DNA of 25,868 nt, taken from a virus (lineage: Duplodnaviria > Caudoviricetes). Below are positions 8,094 to 15,420 of this stretch, in pieces. The translations under genes and the position numbers were made by a program. Position 1 is the stretch's first letter, and the number at the start of each line of letters is the position of its first letter. The notes beneath the pieces were generated by a model. The model was not told the DNA's origin. It saw only the letters and a list, made by a program, of their open reading frames with translations, and searched no databases. The stretch covers positions 1 through 25,868 of the IMG/VR virus record IMGVR_UViG_3300031991_000105; one strand, given 5' to 3'.

Positions 8094-9515
8094 ATGACAG
8101 TCAACGGTTTCGCAGAACACGACCTCACCGAAAAACTGAACCGCCGGCTCTCCGAAGCCTGGCAGGGCCTGTGGGATAGCTTCGTCGATCCGCACGAAGC
8201 CTATGCCGATACGCCCGGCGAGTGGCTGGCGCTTGGATCGGGTGGCACAGCGACGGCTTCCCTGCCGTTTGCCAACGAGCAGCAGCTCGGCGAGTTGCGC
8301 GCCCAATGCCGCTCTCTGGCCGTGGAGAACGAGTTCGCCATCAACGGCCACGAGAACCGCGTCAGCTTTCTCGTTGGCCCGGGACACACCTATCGGGCGA
8401 CGGCAAAAAAAGGCCGTACCGCGGCGGTCGAACTGGCCGGCCAGGTGCAAGACGTGCTCGACGGGTTCGTCGCCGACAACCTCTGGCATCGCCGGCAGCA
8501 GGAGATCGTCCGCCGCTACGATCGCGACGGCGAAGTCTTCCTGCGGTTCTTTGCCACCGGCGACGGCCAAACCCGCGTCCGTTTCGTCGAACCCGGCCAG
8601 GTGGCCACGCCGAAAGAACTCGCCGGCGATTCGGCCGCCAGCTTCGGCATTCAGACCGAGCCCGACGACGTGGAAACGCCCATCTCCTACTACGTCGACG
8701 GCAGTCCGGTCGACGCCGCCGAGATCCAGCACCGCAAGGCCAACGTCGATGTGAACGTCAAGCGCGGCCTGCCGCTGTTCTATCCGGTGCGCAAGAACCT
8801 CCGCCGCGCGGAAAAGTTGCTGCGGAACATGAGCGTCGTGGCCGAGATCCAATCGGCGATCGCCCTGGTCCGCAAGCATCGCGGCGGCACCCGGGCCAGC
8901 GTGCAGCAGTTCGCCACCGCGCAGGCCGACGTCAGCATCACCTCGCCCACCAGCGGCCAGACGACGAACTTTCGCCGCTTCGGCCCCGGCACGATTCTCG
9001 ACAGCCACGGCGGCATCGAATACGACTTCCCCGCCTCGGGCCTCGATGCCGCCAACTTCGTCACGATTCTGCAGGCCGAGCTCCGCGCCATCGCCAGCCG
9101 CCTGGTGATGCCCGAGTTCATGCTTACCTCCGACGCCTCGAACGCGAACTACGCGTCGACGATGGTCGCCGAAGGCCCGGCGATGCGGATGTTCGCTCGC
9201 CTACAGGCGGAGCTGGTGCGCGACGATCTGCACGTCATGCGGCGCGTGCTGGAAAACGCCGTCGCAGCGGGCGTGCTGCCGCAAACGGCGCTCACCGAGA
9301 TCGAAGTGCAGGCCGCGCCGCCCATGCTGGCCGTTCGCGATCCGCTCGAAGAGGCGCAGGCCCTGCGCATCGAATACCAATGCGGCATCCTCTCGCCGCA
9401 AACCTGGAGCCAGCGCCGCGGGCTCGATTACGACCAGGAACAAACCAACTGGCGCGAAGCTAAACGGAACGTCGAATCGGGTCTCCCAGCCGGCCATGCT
9501 CCGATTTCCATATAG
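8094..9515 (+). CDS. Phage portal protein (lambda-like family)
   Basis: SD AAGGAG; follows TerL; RDGEVFLR, KRGLP and DASNANYAS motifs; about 473 aa. Confidence 0.88.
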   Translation: MTVNGFAEHDLTEKLNRRLSEAWQGLWDSFVDPHEAYADTPGEWLALGSGGTATASLPFANEQQLGELRAQCRSLAVENEFAINGHENRVSFLVGPGHTYRATAKKGRTAAVELAGQVQDVLDGFVADNLWHRRQQEIVRRYDRDGEVFLRFFATGDGQTRVRFVEPGQVATPKELAGDSAASFGIQTEPDDVETPISYYVDGSPVDAAEIQHRKANVDVNVKRGLPLFYPVRKNLRRAEKLLRNMSVVAEIQSAIALVRKHRGGTRASVQQFATAQADVSITSPTSGQTTNFRRFGPGTILDSHGGIEYDFPASGLDAANFVTILQAELRAIASRLVMPEFMLTSDASNANYASTMVAEGPAMRMFARLQAELVRDDLHVMRRVLENAVAAGVLPQTALTEIEVQAAPPMLAVRDPLEEAQALRIEYQCGILSPQTWSQRRGLDYDQEQTNWREAKRNVESGLPAGHAPISI

Positions 9516-9605
9516 CTGCCGATGACCGGCAGAGGAGTGTGTTGCGGTCCCGCGTGTCACTTGCCACAATTGGGGGACGGGAATTTAGGCAGTGGCGGGG
9601 ATCCT

Positions 9606-10445
9606 ATGCAGGCTGAAATTCGACGAGTGCATCGTTTCCATCGGATTCATCGCATTCTTGACTATGCGATAAACTGTTGGCCGTCATGGTTTGGCGGATT
9701 GCTGAGAGTCATCTCGCCAATGTCTTTGTGGCTAATTGCCGCGTTTGTCGCTCTCATTCGATTTACCGATCCGACCGATCAGGATGGACTTCCGAAATGG
9801 TTGCTCGACTATTTGACATTCATCCACCACAGAAGGTTTGTCATTGTCGTGGGACTGATCGCCGTTCAGGCAGCTTGTCAGGGGTTGTTATGGATAGGCA
9901 AACGGCTCCGTCGTCCTGACTCGATGAAGATCGGCTCCGTGCTTGACATGCTGGTTTCCCAGGTTTTCCCAGAACAAGATCGACGAAACCACGTCTATCG
10001 TGCAACCCTCTTCAAAGTACGTTCATGCTGGTTCTGCGGGAGTTGGCTCGGCATCGTTTCAAGATCCGGAAAAATGTATCCTCAAAAAACAACGGTGTTC
10101 TGCGTTAGTGGGAAAACCCGGGCTAACTGTACCGGTATTGCTGGCGAATGCTGGCGGCAGGACGGGTTAACCTATATTGGTTCTCTGCCTGAATGCAGAA
10201 GTGATCCAGTCCCTGACGAATTGCTGAACGAATACAAGCTAGCGGGTTGCTTAGATGATCGTGAGCTTGCAATAATGAATGTGAAATCGACAGTATTTCT
10301 GGCGACTGGCATTCGAGTTGCTGGCCGGCTTTGGGGAATCGTAGTGGCGGATAGCACGGACTTGTCTACACTGCCGAAGCAACTAAAGCGCCACGAGGGA
10401 GCCCTAGATTTTGCAGCTGTGTCGATCGAACAGTTGGTGACATAG
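9606..10445 (+). CDS. Membrane protein with two TM segments and a possible GAF-like C-terminal domain (insert gene)
   Basis: Two hydrophobic segments; GIAGECW and GIRVAGRLWGIVVADST resemble GAF elements; AT-richer codon usage; start uncertain (9606 or later). Confidence 0.6.
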   Translation: MQAEIRRVHRFHRIHRILDYAINCWPSWFGGLLRVISPMSLWLIAAFVALIRFTDPTDQDGLPKWLLDYLTFIHHRRFVIVVGLIAVQAACQGLLWIGKRLRRPDSMKIGSVLDMLVSQVFPEQDRRNHVYRATLFKVRSCWFCGSWLGIVSRSGKMYPQKTTVFCVSGKTRANCTGIAGECWRQDGLTYIGSLPECRSDPVPDELLNEYKLAGCLDDRELAIMNVKSTVFLATGIRVAGRLWGIVVADSTDLSTLPKQLKRHEGALDFAAVSIEQLVT

Positions 10446-10464
10446 CAACCGATGAGGTGAAAGA

Positions 10465-10890
10465 ATGGAACGCTACATTTGGGTAAACCCCGATCGACTT
10501 GAAGACACGCAGAAGAAAGTCGGATTAGACTTTCTTGTTGAGTTGTCGCCATATGATGTCCCGAAGGGCATTACCGGCACTTATTCGCCAGGGGACGGTC
10601 ATTTTCTTATTGAGTTTGAATACATAGACAACGAACCGCCGGTGGTCTCAGAGACGACTCATGGAGTTCGTGTGTTTCAAGGAAAGCACAGTGGAAAGCT
10701 TTTGCGACTAGTTATCCCCATAGACACTCCGCCCCTCGACACTGCGGGGGCCATTCGGTTGAGGACAAATGTTCTTGACGCGGTGGGCGGGATGTCTAGT
10801 GGAAAGCGAAGCGGACGAATGAATCGTCGAGTGACAAAGAAACTACTAGCCGACCGTCTTGACGAACTCACTGTCGACTTGGTGAGCTGA
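10465..10890 (+). CDS. Hypothetical protein (insert gene)
   Basis: SD-like GAGGTG upstream; 141 aa; AT-richer than flanks. Confidence 0.65.
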   Translation: MERYIWVNPDRLEDTQKKVGLDFLVELSPYDVPKGITGTYSPGDGHFLIEFEYIDNEPPVVSETTHGVRVFQGKHSGKLLRLVIPIDTPPLDTAGAIRLRTNVLDAVGGMSSGKRSGRMNRRVTKKLLADRLDELTVDLVS

Positions 10891-11181
10891 TTCGCCTTTC
10901 TTGCTTCCATGCGGCTCTTCCCGCAATCACTGTTCTCTGTCCGTGCAACAATTGCTGAAGTCCAGTAGTGCACGAGATACCTCGCCTCGATTGTCACTCG
11001 AGCGCACGGGCAGTGTCGCTAGCGGGCACTCGGATCGTCAGCGTTTGCGAGCACCCTAGAAGACTCACGATAGGTCTCTTGGGACCGTTGAGTCGTTCCA
11101 CAGCATTGAGATGCGGATAGGAGAATCCGATCGATGGTTCGAATGGTGTACTGGTGCGGAGAAAGGTGAGAAAGAAGTACA

Positions 11182-11211
11182 TTGAAATCGAGCCAGCATT
11201 TCTAGTAGGTT
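11182..11211 (+). promoter_or_regulatory. Promoter motif, copy 2
   Basis: TTGAAA-TCGAGCCAGCATTTCTAG-TAGGTT. Confidence 0.65.
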
Positions 11212-11310
11212 GGGACACCAAGCAAATGTCGTTCAACGGTGAATTAAGCCAAGGGGGCGACACCGGCCTCCCGAACCGCGAAAAAAATCCGCTCGCGACG
11301 AAAAAACAAA

Positions 11311-11340
11311 TTGAAATCGAGCCAGTGTTTCTAGTAAGTT
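11311..11340 (+). promoter_or_regulatory. Promoter motif, copy 3; likely drives a leaderless mRNA
   Basis: TTGAAA-TCGAGCCAGTGTTTCTAG-TAAGTT; A-tract upstream; 7 nt separate the -10 hexamer from the ATG at 11348. Confidence 0.72.
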
Positions 11341-11347
11341 CAGAATC

Positions 11348-11536
11348 ATGACAAGCAAACGGCATTCGACCGCGAATCAAACCAAGGTGGCCCGCGTGCG
11401 AACGGCCTGCGAAGAGTTGTTCGAGCAGGTGCTGCGGGAAGGTTTTCACGGCGTTGCCAAGCTGGAACTGGTGATCGCCGACGGCACGATCCAAACGATC
11501 TGCCGAGCGGTGGAACAGATCGACAAACGAAACTAG
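11348..11536 (+). CDS. 62-aa small protein resembling DUF2292 (YezD/OscA-like); candidate regulator
   Basis: Helix followed by GFHGVAKLELVIADGTIQTICRAVEQIDK, similar to the G.v.i.v.DG.v.qI...Ek pattern; lies between promoter and leader RNA. Confidence 0.65.
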   Translation: MTSKRHSTANQTKVARVRTACEELFEQVLREGFHGVAKLELVIADGTIQTICRAVEQIDKRN

Positions 11537-11543
11537 CGGGGCA

Positions 11544-11607
11544 GGGGAGCGGAAACGCTCTCCACGTCTCGCGACGGGTATCTCGACGAGCCTGCCTGGC
11601 AGGTTTC
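11544..11607 (+). ncRNA. GNRA hairpin plus putative leader RNA element, copy 2
   Basis: GGGGAGCG-GAAA-CGCTCTCC (11544-11563), then GACGGGTAT-N6-GAGCCTGC-CTG-GCAGGTTTC (11573-11607). Confidence 0.55.
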
Positions 11608-11612
11608 ATTGC

Positions 11613-11654
11613 GGGCCCATTTGCCGGTGAATTCGGCAGATGGGCCCTTTTTTT
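11613..11654 (+). terminator. Intrinsic terminator/attenuator upstream of the head genes
   Basis: GGGCCCATTTGCCG-gtgaatt-CGGCAGATGGGCCC followed by TTTTTTT. Confidence 0.85.
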
Positions 11655-11695
11655 ATCGCCCTAGGAAACTCAGAACGCCCAAGGAAACCCAAACG

Positions 11696-12445
11696 ATGGA
11701 CGAACACCTGCAAGAATTCGTGAGTTCGCGAGGCGTCGACGTGCGCGTCGACCGCGCCGCCGGCATCATTCGCGGCGTCAAGCTGCTGGGACTCGAATCG
11801 CGCAACGGCCGCCGCTATCTCCCCGCGGCGCTCGAGCAGGCCGCGGCCCTTTACGAAGGAGCCAAGGTCAACGTCAACCATCCCAAGGGGAGCCCGCTGG
11901 CGGCCCGCGACTATCAAGATCGCCTGGGCGCGATCCGCAACGTCCGCCAGGTGACGGGAGGCATGTTCGGCGACTTGCACTTCAATCCCAAGCACGCCCT
12001 GGCCGAGCAGCTTGCCTGGGACGCCACGCACGCTCCCGAGAACGTGGGCTTTTCGCACAACGTAGAAGCCCGCACCTCGCGACAAGACGGACGCACGATT
12101 GTCGAAGCGATTCTCAAAGTGCAAAGCGTCGACCTGGTCGCCGACCCGGCCACCACCCGCGGCCTGTACGAGAGCGCCGAGTCGGTCGTCGGCGAGTCGA
12201 CGTCCGTCTGGCTCGGATCGGTCACGTTGGAATCACTGCAGGCCGCCCGGCCCGACCTGGTGGAAGCGGTCCGTGCCGAATCGGCCGCCGAGCTCACCAG
12301 CCTCCGCGAGGAAGTGACCCGCTTGCGGACCGAATCGCTCACCCGCCAGGGCCGTGGCGTTCGTCCCGTGTCGCGCGAACAGCAACACAGCGAACCGCGC
12401 CCGGCGGTGCTCGATGCCCGTGGCTTCGCCCGTGCAATTTCCTGA
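11696..12445 (+). CDS. Prohead maturation protease (T4 gp21-like) with short scaffold-like tail
   Basis: SRNGRRY, NHP, GFSH and VDLVADPA motifs; SD AAGGA; between portal and capsid genes. Confidence 0.78.
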   Translation: MDEHLQEFVSSRGVDVRVDRAAGIIRGVKLLGLESRNGRRYLPAALEQAAALYEGAKVNVNHPKGSPLAARDYQDRLGAIRNVRQVTGGMFGDLHFNPKHALAEQLAWDATHAPENVGFSHNVEARTSRQDGRTIVEAILKVQSVDLVADPATTRGLYESAESVVGESTSVWLGSVTLESLQAARPDLVEAVRAESAAELTSLREEVTRLRTESLTRQGRGVRPVSREQQHSEPRPAVLDARGFARAIS

Positions 12446-12507
12446 AACAGCATCACCCGAAACAGAATTTTCCATATTCACAAGTCCACTTCACGGAGAA
12501 CCCACTG

Positions 12508-12984
12508 ATGGCCAACACGATGCGCTGGAGATATGGCGAAACCAACCCGGTTGTGATTCCGGTCGCCTCGGCGACGGTGATCGAGATCGGCGACCTGGTC
12601 TACCTGGATACCACGGCTAAGCCGGCCGGAGCCCTGACCTATGGCGCCAGCCTGGCGTCCACGCAGGAATCATTCCACGACAAATTCATCGGCGTGGCGA
12701 TGCAGCAATCGCGCGGCGGCGACACGGCCGACATCCGCGTGGCGACGACCGGCGTTTTCGAGTTCCCCTGCGCTTCCGCCGCGTTCGAAGTCGGTGCTCG
12801 CCTGGGCGTCGACGACAACGTCGCCGGCAACGCACTGTTGGATCAACAGGTGATCGCCGTCAACGTGGCTAACCCCGAGCTGTCGATCGGCTACTGCGCC
12901 AAGCGCGTCAATCCGGCCGCCACTTCGGTGCTGGTCGACGTCATCGGCACGCTCACTCACGCCGGCCCGCAAGCCGTGGCCTAG
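12508..12984 (+). CDS. Capsid decoration/cement protein
   Basis: 158 aa, beta-rich (IEIGDLVYL, FIGVA, VATTGVFEF); typical position between protease and MCP; SD GGAG. Confidence 0.65.
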   Translation: MANTMRWRYGETNPVVIPVASATVIEIGDLVYLDTTAKPAGALTYGASLASTQESFHDKFIGVAMQQSRGGDTADIRVATTGVFEFPCASAAFEVGARLGVDDNVAGNALLDQQVIAVNVANPELSIGYCAKRVNPAATSVLVDVIGTLTHAGPQAVA

Positions 12985-13038
12985 CGCCGCGATCCGCAAC
13001 CCTAATACGACAACTACTTCAAGCAGGAGACCTACGAC

Positions 13039-14196
13039 GTGATCAATACTCGGGAACTCAAACGCCGCTACGAACTGGACGGTCCGCGGCAGACCATCAC
13101 CCATCTGACCGAAGCGCTCGAGCAGCGGCATCTGCGGGCCGAGGATTTCAGCATTCGCGACCTGGCTGAAGGGCTCGTGCCCGACGGCCACGAATGGGTG
13201 CGGCTGATGGATCCGCGCAGCGGCGGCAGCGTGCGGCTGCTCGAAGCCGGCGAAGGGGTCGACGCGACCGCCTTTTTGAACGTGGCCAGCCAGGTCATCT
13301 ACTCCAAGATCATGGAGGCCTACACCCAGGAGGCATTCGTCGTCTCGCGGCTGGTCGACACGATTCCCACGCGGCTCGACGGCGAAAAGATTCCCGGCAT
13401 CGCGGGCCTGGCCGCCGAAGACCACGTCGTCCATCCGGGCATGCCCTATCCGAGCGTCGGCTTCGGCGAGGATTACATCGAAACGCCGTCGACGACCAAG
13501 CGTGGCTTCATCGTGCCCGTGACGAAGGAAGCGATCTTCTTCGATCGCACGCACCTGGTGCTCACCCGCGCGGCCGAAGTCGGCGAGCTGCTCGGCCTGA
13601 ACAAGGAAAAGCGGTTGGTCGACCTCGTGATCGGGGCCACCAACAACTACAAGTGGCTGGGCACGACCTACAACACCTACCAGGCGGCCGCGCCCTGGAT
13701 CAATGTCAAGACCGGCAACGAGCTGGTCGATTGGACCAACGTCGACGTCGCCGAGCAGTTGTTCGCCGACATCCTCGACCCCAACACGGGCGAGCCCGTG
13801 CTGCTCTCGGCCAGCACGGTGCTGGTCATGCCGGCCTATCGTCATGCGGCACATCGCGTGTTCAACGCCGTGGAAGTCCGCTTCAACCCGACGAGCTCGG
13901 CCACGACGACGCTCGCGGCCAATCCGCTGTCGAACTACCAGGTGCTGGAAAGCCGGCTGGCGTATCGCCGTGTGATCGCGGCCGGCACCGCCGCCGCCGA
14001 CGCCAAGAAGTGGTGGTTCCTCGGCGACTTCAAGAAGGCGTTTGCCTACATGGAGAACTGGCCGATCACCGTCACCCAATCGGCGGCCGGCAGCGAGGCC
14101 GACTTCAACCAGGACATCGTCGTGCGGTTCAAGGCCAGCGAGCGGGGCGCGGCGGCCGTGCTTAATCCGCGGTTCGTCGTCAAGTGTACCGGTTAG
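13039..14196 (+). CDS. Major capsid protein (HK97 fold)
   Basis: 385 aa, SD CAGGAG with GTG start, strong codon bias; KRGFIVPVTKEAIFFD, WFLGDF and GAAAVLNPR patterns; position in head module. Confidence 0.85.
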   Translation: MINTRELKRRYELDGPRQTITHLTEALEQRHLRAEDFSIRDLAEGLVPDGHEWVRLMDPRSGGSVRLLEAGEGVDATAFLNVASQVIYSKIMEAYTQEAFVVSRLVDTIPTRLDGEKIPGIAGLAAEDHVVHPGMPYPSVGFGEDYIETPSTTKRGFIVPVTKEAIFFDRTHLVLTRAAEVGELLGLNKEKRLVDLVIGATNNYKWLGTTYNTYQAAAPWINVKTGNELVDWTNVDVAEQLFADILDPNTGEPVLLSASTVLVMPAYRHAAHRVFNAVEVRFNPTSSATTTLAANPLSNYQVLESRLAYRRVIAAGTAAADAKKWWFLGDFKKAFAYMENWPITVTQSAAGSEADFNQDIVVRFKASERGAAAVLNPRFVVKCTG

Positions 14197-14206
14197 AAGA
14201 CGCTTG

Positions 14207-14268
14207 TTGAGGGGGGACCGGGGAGCGCGGGTGTCTGCCATATCACGCGCGCCCCCGGTACCTCTCAG
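14207..14268 (+). other. Long GC-rich stem-loop after the capsid gene, without a U-tract
   Basis: TTGAGGGGGGACCGGGGAGCGCG pairs imperfectly with CGCGCGCCCCCGGTACCTCTCAG. Confidence 0.55.
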
Positions 14269-14297
14269 CGAACAGACATCCACATTGAAAGATCAGC

Positions 14298-14513
14298 ATG
14301 AGCAACCTCGAACAGATCGAAACCATCAAGACCAACACGCTTGCCCAGATGGCGGCCGTGTCGGCCGAGCGCAAGCCAACCTATACCGAAAACGGCCAGT
14401 CGTTCGCCTGGACCGAATATCTCAATCACTTGCAGCGGCGCGTCGACTGGTGCAACGAGCAACTCGCCGCTGAAGAACCGTTCGAAATTCCCACACAAGG
14501 ATACACGCCATGA
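14298..14513 (+). CDS. Head completion/adaptor protein (gpW-like)
   Basis: 71 aa helix-hairpin-helix with KPTYTENGQSFAWTEYL; immediately after MCP. Confidence 0.6.
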   Translation: MSNLEQIETIKTNTLAQMAAVSAERKPTYTENGQSFAWTEYLNHLQRRVDWCNEQLAAEEPFEIPTQGYTP

Positions 14514-14827
14514 ACTTCGCCCCTGACATTGCGGAAGACTGCCTGCTGGTCGACGGTACCGAAACGGTCACGCTCCATTCCGCTTCCGCCGTCACTGTGA
14601 ACGGAGCCAAACGCGGACTGCTCACCCTGGCGGAAATGGAATTCCGCCAGGTCGGCTTGGAATCGACGGACCTGGCCTGGAATCTTCCCGACGTCAACCT
14701 GGCGGGAATCGAACCGCGCCGCGGCGACACAATCGAGGACTCTCTCGGCGTTAGTTGGACGATCCAGAGCGTCACGCGGTCGCCGCTGTCCGGTGTCTGG
14801 CGGGCAGTCACCCGCCGCCACGTCTAA
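14510..14827 (+). CDS. Head-tail joining/stopper protein (gpFII-like)
   Basis: 105 aa, beta-rich with PRRGDTI...WTIQSV; ATGA overlap with the previous gene. Confidence 0.6.
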   Translation: MNFAPDIAEDCLLVDGTETVTLHSASAVTVNGAKRGLLTLAEMEFRQVGLESTDLAWNLPDVNLAGIEPRRGDTIEDSLGVSWTIQSVTRSPLSGVWRAVTRRHV

Positions 14828-14904
14828 GGTTTGCAGATCGCTCGTTTTTCCTACGGTTTCGCTCCCCTGAAACGGACGCGCGGCTCGCGCCGCGCACTTG
14901 AACT

Positions 14905-15420
14905 ATGATTTCCATCGCTCCCGCCACGCTCGACGATAGCAACAGCATCGTCGCCTTGTGGAACGCCAAACGTCTGGACGCCTCTTCGTGTTGGTACACG
15001 GCCGAAGCCATCGACGAGAGTTACATCAGCCAGTTGCTGGCCGCGGGCATGTACCTTGCGCTGGCCCGCGTTGACGGGGTTCCTACGGGTTTTGGTCTCT
15101 GGTGTGCCTCGGGGGGCGACGCGAGGCTGGTCGCGCTGGCTGCCGACGACCCCGCCGTCTACTACCGCCTGATGGCCGAGTACTGCACCTGGGGCCTGGC
15201 CGCGGAGTTTACCTCGGGCTTTGCCGAGCTCGGCACGACGGCCACAACCGAACGCGCGCGAATGGATGCGCTCGAAGTCATTCAATACGTCACGATCGGC
15301 TTCGAACCGCTTCTTCCGGGGCAAACTGCGGAGCAGCGGGTACCCCGTCTGCTGCGAGCCGAGTGCGAACTGACGGTCCTCGCGCAGGCCGTGGCCTCGG
15401 TACTGGAGGGCCTGTCGTGA
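14905..15420 (+). CDS. Hypothetical protein, possibly a degenerate GNAT fold
   Basis: N-terminal ISIAPATLDDSNSIVALWN and YLALARVDGVPTGF resemble GNAT strands 1-3; no clear acetyl-CoA motif. Confidence 0.55.
   Translation: MISIAPATLDDSNSIVALWNAKRLDASSCWYTAEAIDESYISQLLAAGMYLALARVDGVPTGFGLWCASGGDARLVALAADDPAVYYRLMAEYCTWGLAAEFTSGFAELGTTATTERARMDALEVIQYVTIGFEPLLPGQTAEQRVPRLLRAECELTVLAQAVASVLEGLS

Noticed and set aside
11182-11340. Mini CRISPR array or att site from the repeated 30-mer
   Set aside because: Only two nearby copies with a ~99-bp gap, no cas or integrase genes, and a clear -35/-10 layout
11154-11351. 65-aa ORF with a repeated IEIEPxFLV peptide
   Set aside because: The peptide repeat is just the translation of the two promoter copies
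10994-11494. 166-aa minus-strand ORF
   Set aside because: Overlaps both promoter copies and the better-supported 62-aa gene; no recognisable motif
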